From contig CAWFQK010000004.1 in assembly GCA_963817955.1 (NCBI GenBank), positions 736,001-800,000 of the forward strand: DNA of 64,000 nt, read 5' to 3'. Positions 1 to 13,625 of this stretch are shown piece after piece (position 1 is the stretch's first letter; every line of letters begins with the position of its first letter). A program made the position numbers and the translations under genes. This DNA is from an uncultured Gemmatimonadaceae bacterium (lineage in GTDB: Bacteria; Gemmatimonadota; Gemmatimonadetes; Gemmatimonadales; Gemmatimonadaceae). The notes under the pieces were generated by a model that was not told where the DNA came from, did no database searches, and saw only the letters and a program-made list of their open reading frames with translations.

Positions 1-797
1 GCGCCGACCAGGAGCAACGCGCCCTCGCCCTCGCCGCCACCACGCTCGTCCCCGAGCACTACGGCGAAGTCGCCGACGCGCCGCATCGCCCATGTGGACA
101 AGACGCTCGCCGCCGTCCACGAGCGGCTGACCAAGGAAATCGCCTTCTGGTCCGACCGCTGGATGAAGCTCAAGGACGATCAGGAAGCCGGGAAGGACGT
201 GCGGCTGAATCTCGAAAACGTCCAGCGCACCATCAACGACCTCGAAGGCCGCCTGGAAAACCGGAAGAAGGAACTCCAGTCCATGCGCCACGTCACCAAC
301 GGCACGCCGGTCGTGCTCGGCGGTGCGCTCGTCGTCCCCGTCGGCCTGCTGCGCAAGCTGCGCGGCGAACCGCACCCGATGCTGCCACCGCCACCTTCTC
401 CGCCGACCCCGCCGCCCGCTCGCGCATCGAGCTGCTCGCCATGAACGCCGTCCGCCGCGCCGAAGAAGCTCGCGGCTGCCGCGTGGTGGACGTCTCCGCT
501 CAGAAATGCGGCTGGGACATCACCTCCTACGCGCCTGCCGTGGACGGCAAGTTGCCCGAGTCCCGCCACATCGAAGTCAAAGGCCGCGTCAAAGGCGCGA
601 CCACCGTCACCGTGACCAAGAACGAAATCTTTGAGAGCTGGAACCAGGGCAACAAATACCACCTCGCCATCGTCCTCGTCGGCGAAGACGACACCATCGA
701 CGGCCCGCACTACGTGCCGCATCCCTTCAAGGAAGAACCCGGCTGGGGCGTGTCTTCCGTCAACTACGACCTCAAAGCCCTGCTCAGAAGGCAGTAG
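1..797 (+). CDS. C-terminal part of SNF2-type helicase with DUF3883 (PD-(D/E)XK-like) domain; 5'-truncated by the window, frameshifted
   Basis: ORFs 94-444 (coiled coil, '[11 protein letters not shown]') and 441-797 ('[13 protein letters not shown]...HIEVKGR') match the typical C-terminus of DUF3883-bearing helicases found beside DUF1156/DUF499 genes. The helicase motifs lie outside the window, so SNF2 is inferred from context. Confidence 0.75.
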   Translation, partial: ADQEQRALALAATTLVPEHYGEVADAPHRPCGQDARRRPRAADQGNRLLVRPLDEAQGRSGSREGRAAESRKRPAHHQRPRRPPGKPEEGTPVHAPRHQRHAGRARRCARRPRRPAAQAARRTAPDAATATFSADPAARSRIELLAMNAVRRAEEARGCRVVDVSAQKCGWDITSYAPAVDGKLPESRHIEVKGRVKGATTVTVTKNEIFESWNQGNKYHLAIVLVGEDDTIDGPHYVPHPFKEEPGWGVSSVNYDLKALLRRQ

Positions 798-802
798 ACT
801 CC

Positions 803-1896
803 ATGAGGGAGCTCAACGTCTCCTGCGAATCGATCATCTTACGGTCAAGAACTTCCGCTGCTTTGCAGCTTGCGATCTCAAGCTGCACGCCAAAGCTGAC
901 GGTTCTTGTCGCGGAGAATGCTGCAGGGAAAGACGTGCGCTGCTCGATGCGCTGCGTTTGGTTCTCCAGGGTTTTGTTACTTCGGCCGGAAGTGTCGGGC
1001 AGCACCGTGGCTTCGAACGGACGGATATACATCTGGAGCAGAGTAAACAGCACTGTCGATGGAGACGCGACTTCCAACCGAGTTTCACGTTGATGGGGAG
1101 GTCGATGGCGAGTGTGTTTCTTGGCTTCGCACTCTGAGCAAAGGCAGTTTGCACGCCAAGACGTCAACAAGGAATCTCAGGGGCATCCAGCGGATCGCCA
1201 ACGCCTAGCTGACCGAGCAGACCGTACACGACAATTTCCCGATCGATTCGTCCACAATCTTGCCAGTTGTGGCCTATTACGGGACAGGGCGGCTTCTACG
1301 ACGAGCAGCGCCTTACGAAAAGCAGGCGGTGGCTGGCCGGATCCAGTCCAAGCCGCGTTTCAGCATACCTGGATTGCCTCTCACCTTCATCGTCCTATAA
1401 ATCGTTCTCCACTTGGTTTGGTCAGAAATGGGAACAGGTCAGTGAGCCTCGCTTTCGTGCGGTAGGATTTGAAGCCCGACCAGAGAATCAAATTGCAGCG
1501 GTGCGCAATGCGGTCCAGCACCGTGCTCGATCCCACGAGTGGCTGGACAACCATTGTGTGGACCCCAGCGACTCTAGATGCCGTACGGACGCAACTGTTA
1601 GCCCGGGCTATATCGCGCTAGAACATTCAGAGAAAGGTCAGCTTCCACTAACCCACCTCAGTGACGGTGTGCGCAACATGGTCGCCCTCGTCGGTGATTT
1701 GGCCCACCGGTGCGTGCGATTGAATCCGTTCTTCGGCGAAGACGCAGCCAAGCGAACCCCGGGAATTGTCCTTATCGATGAAGTGGAGATCAAATCCTAC
1801 ATCGGAGGTGACAGCATCAGGAGGTTGTTACAAGCTCGGGGCGTTCGAGCTCGCAAGTGTGAGTGTCTCAGCAGCAACAACTTGCAACGCGACTGA
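803..1896 (+). pseudogene. ABC/AAA-type ATPase (PtuA/Septu-retron-effector-like), frameshifted and truncated at Walker B
   Basis: Fragments 'LRIDHLTVKNFRCF', 'LTVLVAENAAGK' (Walker A), 'LSDGVRNMVALVGDLAHRCVRLNP' (signature) and 'TPGIVLIDEVE' (Walker B). The expected 'HLHP..Q' continuation is absent. Confidence 0.7.
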
Positions 1897-2025
1897 TCTA
1901 CCATCCGCCGCAGAGTTTTGTCATCCTTTCAAAGCAAGCCAAAGAGGTGGTCGACCACTTTTGTGGATTCACTTCCTCGAAAGCTGGCAAGTCGCCGAAG
2001 GGAGCGACGCAGTGACAACTAAGCC

Positions 2026-4967
2026 ATGGCCGACTATCCCATCAAATCACCCCGCAAGCTCATCGAGGTCGCGCTGCCGCTGGATGCGATCAATGCGGCT
2101 TGTGCGCGGGAGAAATCCATCCGGCATGGGCATCCATCCACACTGCATCTTTGGTGGGCGCGGCGACCGCTGGCGGCGGCGCGGGCGGTCATCTTTGCGC
2201 AGTTGGTCAATGATCCCGGCTACCAGCAGGGCGGCGGGTTCAAATACGGGAAGAACAAGAAGGAAGCCGCCATCGAGCGGAAGCGGCTGTTCAAAATCAT
2301 CGAAGACCTCGTGCTGTGGGAGAACACCACCAACGAGGAAGTGCTGGAGCGCGCCCGCGCCGAGATTCGCCGCTCATGGCGGGAGGTGTGCGAGCTGAAC
2401 AAGGACCACCCGCAGGCCGCCGAGCTGTTCAATCCCGACAAGCTGCCCGCCCTGCACGATCCCTTTGCCGGTGGCGGAGCCATCCCGCTGGAGGCGCAGC
2501 GGCTGGGGCTGGAGGCTTACGCCAGCGACCTCAACCCCGTGGCCGTGCTCATCAACAAGGCCATGATCGAGATCCCGCCCAAGTTCGCGGGCAGGCCGCC
2601 GGTCAGCCTTCTGCAAAGCCGCCAAGTCGCGAAGAAGAAGGAACTGGATTTGGAACGGGAATGGCCCGGTGCCACCGGTCTGGCGGAAGACGTGCGCTAC
2701 TACGGCGCTTGGATGCGCGAGGAAGCGCAGAAGCGCATCGGCCACCTCTATCCGCCGGTTGAAATCACGGCGGAGATGGCAAAGGAACGGCCCGACCTCA
2801 AACCGCTCGTCGGCCAGAAACTCACCGTCATTGCTTGGCTCTGGGCGCGGACGGTCAAGAGTCCCAATCCGGCGTTCTCGCATGTGGATGTGCCGCTGGC
2901 TTCAACATTCGTTCTTTCGAGTAAAGAAGGGAAAGACAGCTTACGTTCAGCCCGATGTCGCAAGGCGACAGCTACAGTTTCACGGTTAAGATTGGGCACT
3001 CCCGCCGGATGCGGCAAAGACTGGCACAAAGCTAAGGCGCGGATCGAATTTCCGTTGCATTGCTATCGGACGTCCGCTATCGACGCGAACTACATCCAAG
3101 CTGAAGCACAAGCGGGGCGAATGGGGACTAGGTTGATGGCGGTTGTTGCCGAAGGCGACCGTGGCCGGTTTATCTTATCACCACCCAGAGCATGAAGCCG
3201 TCGCAGCTACGGCAAAGCCCGAACTGGAAACCCGATTTGGAAGTTCCGACTCCTTGCCACGATGTGGACAGACTTCCGATGTATGGAATGCCGACATGGG
3301 GCGACGCTGTTCACTCGACGGCAATTGGTGGCGTTGACGACGTTTAGCCGACCTCGTTGCGGAAGCGCGAGAAGATCGTAAGATCGCTTGCAACGGATGT
3401 TACCGACGACGGGTAAGGGCATGGAGGCGTGGACAGTAGCGACAGCCTATGCCGAAGCTGTCAGCGTTTCTTGGCGTTCGCGGTCGAGCGAAGCGCGCAA
3501 CTACTGGTCAATGCACTTTACGCCATGGGCCGATGGTCTCAATGTCCAGAACCTTTTGGGAGACAGGCGATACCAATGATTTGGGATTTTGCTGAAGTAA
3601 ATCCGTCTTCTCGGATTCCGGTCTGGGAATTTCGCGAGTGGTGCCAATTGACTTGGATAGAGCGAGTAATTGCCAATGTCTACCGGCTCGTTCCGCGGGT
3701 TTGGCAGTTCAAGCTGACGCACAAACACAGACATCAGCCAAGAAAAGTCATTTCCACTGACCCTCCCTACTACGACAATATCGGCTACGCGGACCTCTCC
3801 GATTTTTTCTATGTCTGGCTACGCAGAGGCTCTGCGCCCAATGTATCCCGAATCTGTTTGCGACGATCGCGGTTCCGAAGGCTGAAGAACTGGTTGCAAT
3901 CCACTATCGCCACGGCGGCAAAGAAAAGGCAGAGGCATTCTTTCTTGACGGCATGACCGAAGCCATGAGCGAACTCTGGTCAATCAAGCGCACCCGACTG
4001 TCCCGGTCACGATCTACTATGCATTCAAGCAGTCCGAAACGAACGATGGATGCTGGCAACAGCTCAGCACAGGATGGGAGACCTTTCTTGGCGCGGTTCA
4101 TCGAGCAGGACTTCAATTAGCGGCACTTGGCCGATGCGAACAGAGCGCTCACAAGGACGTTAAGGCCAAGCTCGAACGCCCTCGCTTCCAGCATCATCCT
4201 CGTCTGCCGCAAACGCCCGCCGACGCACCCTCCATTTCCCGCCGCGAGTTCATCCGCGAGTTGAACGGCGTGCTGCCCGAGGCGCTCGACGAGATGACCA
4301 AAGGTTCCGGCGACGAGCGTTCGCCCGTGGCCCCGGTGGACCTTTCGCAGGCCATCATCGGGCCGGGCATGGCGGTCTTTTCCAAATACGCCGCCGTGCT
4401 GGAGGCCGACGGCTCGCCCATGAGCGTGCGCACCGCCCTCCAGCTCATCAACCGCTTCCTCGCCGAGGACGATTTCGACGCCGACACCCAGTTCTGCCTG
4501 CACTGGTTCGAGCAGCACGGCTGGACGGAAAGCGTCTTTGGCGAAGCCGACGTGCTGGCCCGCTCCAAATCCACGAGCGTGGACGCCATGAAGGAAGCCG
4601 GGGTGCTGCAAAGCGGCAGCGGCAAAGTGCGCCTGCTCAAGTGGGCCGAGTATCCCACCGATTGGGACCCGCGCACCGACACCCGCACGCCCGTCTGGGA
4701 AGCTCTGCACCAGCTCATCCGCGCCCTGAAACAAGGCGGCGAATCCGCCTCCGGCGCGCTCCTCGCCGCCCTCGGCGGCAAGGCCGAAGCCGTGCGTCAA
4801 CTCGCCTACCGCCTGTACACCCTCTGCGAACGCCTCGGCAAAGCCGAAGACGCCCGCGCCTACAACGAACTCATCACCAGTTGGACCGGCATCGAATCCG
4901 CCGCCGCCAGCGCGTCCGAAACCTGCCGACCGGCAAGGCGACGCTGTTTGAACTAAGTGAGCAATGA
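2026..4967 (+). CDS. DUF1156 domain adenine-specific DNA methyltransferase (multiple frameshifts)
   Basis: N-terminus 'KLIEVALPL...[20 protein letters not shown]', motif I '[12 protein letters not shown]', motif IV '[23 protein letters not shown]', C-terminus '[19 protein letters not shown]...[11 protein letters not shown]'. Confidence 0.88.
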
Positions 4968-4969
4968 CT

Positions 4970-7777
4970 ATGAGCCTGAAACCCTGGCGAGAAATCATCG
5001 TTCCCCACCCGGACGTGCTGAATGGCACGTTCCAACAATCCGAGTTCGCCGCCGACCTCACCGCCGTGCGCACCGGCAAGGCGACCCCGGAATACGGCGA
5101 CGCAAAGGCGTTTTACGAGCGCACCTTCATCACCGAGGGCATGGGGCGACTGCTCACCCAAGTGTCGCAGCGGCTCAATGGCAAGGGCGGCGAGCCGGTC
5201 ATCCAACTGCAAACCGCCTTCGGTGGCGGCAAGACGCACACGATGCTGGCTGTGTATCACCTGGCTCTCGCGCAAATGTCCGCTGGGCGACTTGTCTGGC
5301 ATCCCGGCGCTGCTCGATCACGCCGGATTGCTGGATGTGCCGCAGGCGCAGATCGCGGTGCTGGACGGCACCGCCCACGCTCCCGGCCAGCCGTGGAAGC
5401 ATGGTAAGCAGGCGATCCGGACGCTCTGGGGCGAACTGGCATGGCAGCTTGGAAAGGCGGAGGGCTTTGCGCTGGTGCAGGAAGCCGACGCCAACGGAAC
5501 GTCGCCGGGCAAGGATGTGCTCTGCACGCTGCTGGCTCGCTATCGCGCCGTGCGTGGTGCTGCTCGACGAGCTGGTCGTTTACATCCGCCAGTTCGTGGA
5601 GAGCCAACCGCTGAGCGGCGGCACCTACGACAGCAACCTGTCTTTCATCCAATCGCTGACGGAGGCGGCCAAGCTCGTGCCGAATGCGGTGGTGCTGGCT
5701 TCGCTGCCGGAATCCGACAGCCAGGCCGGTGGTCCGCGTGGCGTGGCGGCATTGAAGGCGCTGGAGGCGGTCTTCAACCGGGTGCAGGCGCTTTGGAAAA
5801 CGGTGGCACCCGAGGAAGCATTCGAGATCGTCCGGCGTCGCCTGTTTGAACCAATCCGCGATGCCAAGGCGCGTGACCAGGTGTGCCGGGCTTTTGCCGA
5901 CGCCTACGTGGCCGAAGGCGCAAAGGTGCCCGCAGGAAACTCAGGAGTCCCGTTACTTTGACCGGATGATGCAGAGCTACCCGATCCACCCCGAGGTGTT
6001 TGCCCAGCTCTATGAGGAGTGGACGACCATCGATGGATTCCAGCGCACGCGCGGCGTGCTGAAGCTGATGGCGAAAGTCATCTATCGTCTGTGGCAGGAC
6101 GACAACAAGGACCTGATGATTCTGCCCGGCAGTCTGCCGCTTTACGACGGAAGTGCGCGCAACGAGTTGATTTACTATCTCGGGCCCGGCTGGGATCCGG
6201 TGATGGACCGGGACATTGACGGCGAGCGGGCTGAGACCACGGTACTTGGAAGCCAAGGAGCCGCGATTTGGCTCCGTGCAGGCCGCCCGCCGCGTGGCGC
6301 GAACGGTGTTCCTTGGGCAGCGCGCCGTCTTCGGTGACCACGCAAGCCTGGAATCCGCGGCATCGACCGCGCGCGAGTGCTGCTCGGCTGTCTCCAACCC
6401 GGCCAGACTTCCTCTCTCTACTCCGATGCGCTGAATCGGCTGGCGGACCAACTCCACTACCTGAACTCCTCCGGCGACAAGGCGCAGGACGCGACCCGCT
6501 ACTGGTTCGACACCCGCGCCAATCTGCGCCGAGAGATGGAGGAGCGGAAGAAGCGGTTCGAAGACAAGAATGAAGTGCGCGGGCGAATGGCGGAGGTCGT
6601 CAAGAAGCTCGCCAGCTGGCGCCACCTTCTTCGACGGCACGCATATCTTCACCCCGCACGGCGACGTGCCCGACGATAGTGCATTGCGTCTGGTTGTGCT
6701 GGCCCCGGAGCAGTTTTATTCGCGCGAGGAACCGCGCCTGGCCGTTGAAGCCGTGCTCGACTATGTGCGGAACAACGGCACCGAAGCCGCGGTATCGCGG
6801 CAATCGCTTGATCTTCCTCGCGCCCGATCATGGAGCCCTGACACGACTGCGCGATTGCATCCGCGTGGCGCTGGCCTGGAACTCCATCGTCGAAGATGTT
6901 GCCGCCATGCGCCTGGTGCTGGACAATCTCCAAGCGCAACAAGCCAAGAAGGAACTGAAAGGGGCGGAGGACGTTTTGCCGCGAGTCGCCCGCGAATGCT
7001 ACAAGTGGCTGCTCTGCCCGGCGCAGGAGAACCCGACCGCCGCAAAGCCGACGGTGGAGGTTTTTCCTCTCAATACCGGCGGCGGCGGCTTTGGGACCTG
7101 AGATCGAGCGAGTGTGCATCGACAACGAACTGGTGATCGCGACCTGGTCGCCGATCCATCTGCGCGCTGAGTTGAAGGAACTTTATTGGAAGGCCGACAA
7201 GCCCGCCGTCGAGCGCGCTGGCTTTCTGGGAAGACACGCTTCGCTACCTATATCTGCCACGCCTGAAGAATCGCGACGTGCTGGCAGCAAGCCATCGTCA
7301 AAGGTGCCGGCAGCCGGGATTTCTTCGGCACCGCCTACGGGCAGCATGACGGCAAGTTCGACGGATTCAAGCTCGGTGACGCCAACGTTCAATTCGACGA
7401 CACGCTGCTGCTAATCGAGCCAGAGGCGGCGCTGGCAGTACGAGGCGGCGCATGCGCGGATCGATCCATTGGTCGTTATCCCGCCCATGCCTCTGTTCGT
7501 CTCACCGCTGACCGTCCAGCCTCCCTTACCGCCACCGATAACCACGAACCCGCGCGCATTCCACGGCAACGTGGTCATCAACGCATCCAGCGCGAAGATG
7601 CGGTTCGTGGAGCTTGCGGATGAGATTGTTGCCGTGCTTGCAGGGGATCCCAACGCGGACGTCACGATCACCGTGGAGATTCACGTGCAGTACCCGACCG
7701 GTGCGTCAGACCAGATCAAGCGTGCGGTGTCGGAAAACGCGAGAGCGCTCAAGTTCCGGAACGCCGACTGGGAGTGA
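4970..7777 (+). CDS. DUF499 AAA+ ATPase (multiple frameshifts)
   Basis: '[16 protein letters not shown]...EFAADL', Walker A '[11 protein letters not shown]', Walker B 'VVLLDELV', 'FEIVRRRLF', 'YPIHPE', 'FQRTRGVL', C-terminus 'SENARALKF'. Confidence 0.88.
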
Positions 7778-7783
7778 ACGCAA

Positions 7784-8026
7784 TCAATGGGCTCCGAAGC
7801 AGGCGTCCGAGCGGACATCGAGCTCCCGGCCGACTTGCGCGAGCGTCACCCCGAGCGCGCGCCGCTGGGCGACCCACCGCACCGCTTCAGCTTTGAACTC
7901 GGCACTGAACGCGCGTCGCTCCCCCCCACCCCGCCCTGCTCCTCCTGCCTTCCTGTTGGACCTCATGAGCCACCTCCACCCCGAACTTAGGGCGAGTAGG
8001 GCGTCCACGAAATCGGGTCAACTTCA
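7784..8026 (-). mobile_element. IS3-family remnant: left IR plus truncated orfA
   Basis: Minus strand begins TGAAGTTGACCCGATTTCGTGGACGCC (IS3-type TG end). GGAGG RBS precedes ATG at 7966. 'RRAFSAEFKAEAVRWV...LAQVGRELDV' is an HTH_Tnp_1-like sequence. Confidence 0.75.
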
Positions 8027-8306
8027 GGCGCCCACGAAATCGGGGCGATCTCAGACCCCGAGGACCTCGTGAACGATGCGATCGAGAAGCTCATCGTGTC
8101 ACGGAAGAATGCTTGCTAACGCCGCCGTCGAGCGCCCGCTGCCGGCGGCGCAGCGTTCAACCGGCGCATTCCGCCGCCTGCCGTCGCCCAGGCCGTTGGC
8201 CCCCCGAACGGCGGGCCAGCGGTCCGAGTTCGCTGGAGTGCCGTTTCTTTTGGGGGGACAACAGACGAGCGAACTCGAAGCCATTTATCCCGGCCACGCT
8301 GCTACT

Positions 8307-9364
8307 TCAGATACGCCGCTCGGCGAGATACATCGCTCGGCGGCATCGGACCCCATTGAGGATCGTGTTGAGCTGATTGGCGACCTTCTCATCGTCGGTG
8401 TCGGAATAAAGAGTTGCGCAAGTCAATCCCGCCTTCTCCGTGAATCCGAAGCCGCCGCGAGCCTCAACTTCGTGTCGGAATCCCGCAGTGGTGATTTGCA
8501 TTTCCCATGTATCCAGGCGGATCCAGGCTCGATCGACTTGCGACCGCGTGAACGACGTCAAGACTTCGGCCTGTTCGGACAACCTTGCCGCGCCATCGTT
8601 GGGAAAGAGGGCTCGGCCCTGGTCGAACGCGTTCCATATTCTGGTGGAAACTTCTTCACACTGCCGGAACCTCGCCACCTGAACTCCCGGAACTACGGAC
8701 AAGTCCCGACCCCGCGTCAGCTTCAACCCGAATGCCCGTTGTTGCTCCGGACGGGCAGCGGCTGCCACCCAATCGGCTCGAACTCCACATTCTGGATAAG
8801 ACCTTCATACGCCCCCCACGGCGGAGTGCGATATATCACGCCCGGCTCCTCCGAGGTCCCAATCGGTCGATATTCCCGACCCGTCCGATCGAATCGGCAG
8901 ACAGCAAAGAAGGTCGCTACGTCGAAGTTGCTGGTGAAGTCCAGCATGCCAGTGGCAAGGCCGTAGTGCTGTGCCAACGATTGTCGGTCAATGCGCAACG
9001 GGCTGCCGAAGAAGGCGCACCGCTCCGCAACCCGCACGGCGGGAGCGCCCCCGATGGCATCCTCGAATGCAATGGTCCGGCACATTGCCACCAACCTCTC
9101 CGCTGGCGTCTTCAGGCGCGCCAATGTTGGAAGACAGGGCACATGCTCTTGCGATTCCCCGCGGTACATGTGCGGGGGGAACTCGACGCCGGATTGCAGA
9201 ATGACCTGGCCATCTTCATCCGTCACAGCGGTTAACCCTTCAATGTCATCCGTGACGATTCCGGATGGCGTAGTCAGCGGTCGCTGAACGCCCGTGTTCA
9301 CCAGCGCCACGTCAAGCTCATGACGCAAGAAATCAAGGTTGGGAAGACGATCGCTGTTCTTCAC
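8307..9364 (-). CDS. FRG domain-containing protein (one frameshift near 8760)
   Basis: 'MYRGESQ...LPTLAR' and 'LAQHYGLATGMLDFTSNFDVATFFA' are FRG motifs. The protein continues in ORF 8307-8768 ('RPEQQRAF'). Confidence 0.8.
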
Positions 9365-9549
9365 GTTGTTACGCCCTCAGGAATTCAACACTCGCTCCGG
9401 CTCCCCGCGGGGTTCTCCCGAACCTTCTCTGCCACCTATGGGGGAGACTTCGATCTTCCCGGAGTTTAGCGTATGACGGTGATTCGGGATGTTTCCATTT
9501 CGGGTACTCTTGCTCCTACCCGGATGTTGGTTCAAGATGTGGGCGTGCG

Positions 9550-9693
9550 TCTGCGAAACGCGACCGCCGCCGCTTCACCGTCGCCTACGAGCTGCGCATG
9601 CTCCAGGAGGCCGAGCGCTGTCGCGCGCCCGGAGAAGTCGGCGCGTTGCTCCGGGAGTCGGTCCGGCCGCGGTTGATGGCGCGGGGAACTTGA
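9550..9693 (+). pseudogene. IS3-family transposase orfA fragment (not in ORF track)
   Basis: Manual translation gives 'RRRFTVAYELRMLQEAERCRAPGEVGALLRE', resembling the IS3 OrfA N-terminus RRRFTAEYKLRIL.EAD.C..PGEIGALLRREG. Confidence 0.65.
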
Positions 9694-9945
9694 CGTGCAG
9701 ACGCTACGGCTAATTAGCTGCGCGGGCGGATCGTTTCGAGTCCACGGTTCCAATTCCTTTCTTGCTGCGATGAAACGTCGCGTCGGCGCGCGATCGCTTA
9801 CTTCATAATTGGCGTTGCTTGCTGGCAAGCGGTTTCATCGTGGCGCGCCGAGCAGCCGATTGGCACCGTCGGCAGTGTGCGTTGTCCAAGATGAACCGAG
9901 GTCAAGCAGACTGAAATGGCAACAGGATGCCGAGACCGGCACCCT

Positions 9946-10017
9946 GTTGCTACACCAGTTGCTACATCGCACCAGAATTCCCTCAAACAATCGCATGTAA
10001 GTCGTTGTCGCACGAAG
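9946..10017. other. Putative att site of a tRNA-integrated island (arm-type repeats plus IHF-like motif)
   Basis: GTTGCTACA occurs twice at 12-bp spacing (9946-9954, 9958-9966). TAAGTCGTTG lies just beyond the tRNA 3' end. Confidence 0.5.
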
Positions 10018-10091
10018 TAGCAGGGGAGGGACTCGAACCCTCGACCCCGGCATTATGAGTGCCGTGCTCTAACCAGCTGAGCTACCCTGCC
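10018..10091 (-). tRNA. tRNA-Met (CAT), elongator type
   Basis: Minus strand reads GGCAGGGTAGCTCAGCTGGTTAGAGCACGGCACTCATAATGCCGGGGTCGAGGGTTCGAGTCCCTCCCCTGCTA, a cloverleaf with CAT anticodon. Ile2 is not fully excluded. Confidence 0.9.
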
Positions 10092-10153
10092 CCACTGCAG
10101 GTCCCGACCCTCCCAATACTCCGGACAAGCGGCCGAGCTCTGCCTATTACCTG

Positions 10154-10186
10154 AAACAAACCGGCCGGCCCTTGCGGACCGGCCGA
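10154..10186 (-). terminator. Rho-independent terminator-like hairpin after tRNA-fMet
   Basis: CGGCCGG...CCGGCCG stem followed on the minus strand by TTTGTTTC. Confidence 0.5.
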
Positions 10187-10191
10187 TTCTA

Positions 10192-10265
<74 letters not shown>

Positions 10266-10327
10266 CCAGTCCTTAAAAAATAAATCAGGCGGCCACAGAG
10301 TCAACCCAGCCGAGCGCTTCCATTCGT

Positions 10328-12695
<2,368 letters not shown>

Positions 12696-12696
<1 letters not shown>

Positions 12697-13625
12697 CAGC
12701 GCGAAAAGTGATCGTAGCCCGAGGCATTCGCAACCGGAGCACCATGAATCTTCACGCCCTCCGTGTCTGCGACGACCCGTCCGATCTCGCTGAGTGGAAT
12801 GCCGAATCGGCGCTCGAACGCATTTGCGTCGAATGGCGTCGGCGTCGTGACGACGATCTCGTACTCTTCGCCGCTCGCGATCGCCTGGTCCACGCTCACG
12901 CCGCTCTCACAGGGAATCCGCGCCGCCTCTATCACCATGCCGTGGCCGCACGCGCTCGCGAGGTGGCGAAGATCGGCCGCGAGACCGTCGGAGATGTCGA
13001 TTGCCGCCGATGCACCGGCATCGGCCAACCACCGGCCTTCGGCAATGCGCGGTATCGGGTGCGCAAAGCGATGGCGGTGTTCGCCGGCGTCCAATCCGGC
13101 AGAGAGGCGGCGCACGGTGTCGCCTGGGCCCCCAAGTCGCCCGGTCACGTACACGGCGTCCCCAACGCCCGCGCCGGCACGCCGCAATGGTGAGAAGCAG
13201 GCGCCGAGCACCGTAGTCGTGATCGATAGCTCGGACGCATCGGCAGTATTCCCGCCCAGGATCTGCGTGTCCACGGCCGCCGCCGCATCACCAATCCCCT
13301 TGCCGATGTCAGGCAATTGGTGCCGCCAGGCCACCGGCACCGCGAGCGCGACAAGGATACCCACTGGCCGCGCTCCCATGGCCGCGAGGTCGCTGAGCGC
13401 GGCAGCCACGGCCCGATAGCCGATCTCGCGCGGCGTGAGCCACGCCGGGCGGAAATGACGCCCTTCTACAAAGCTGTCGACGCTCGCAATGAGTGAGTCG
13501 CCGCGCGGAAGTCGAAGTACGGCAGCGTCGTCGCCAATGCCCTGCGCACGGTCGCCCCAGCCGTCCACCAGAGCGCGAATTGCGTCGAACTCCTTGCCCG
13601 GACCGAGTGGCGTGATGTCGCTCAT
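12696..13625 (-). CDS. thiL: thiamine-monophosphate kinase
   Basis: 'GIGDDAAV', 'SDLAAMGA', 'IDISDGL', 'GEEYE'. Confidence 0.93.

Noticed and set aside
803..2025. Retron system
   Set aside because: The ATPase resembles retron/Septu effectors, but no reverse transcriptase or msr-msd structure is visible.
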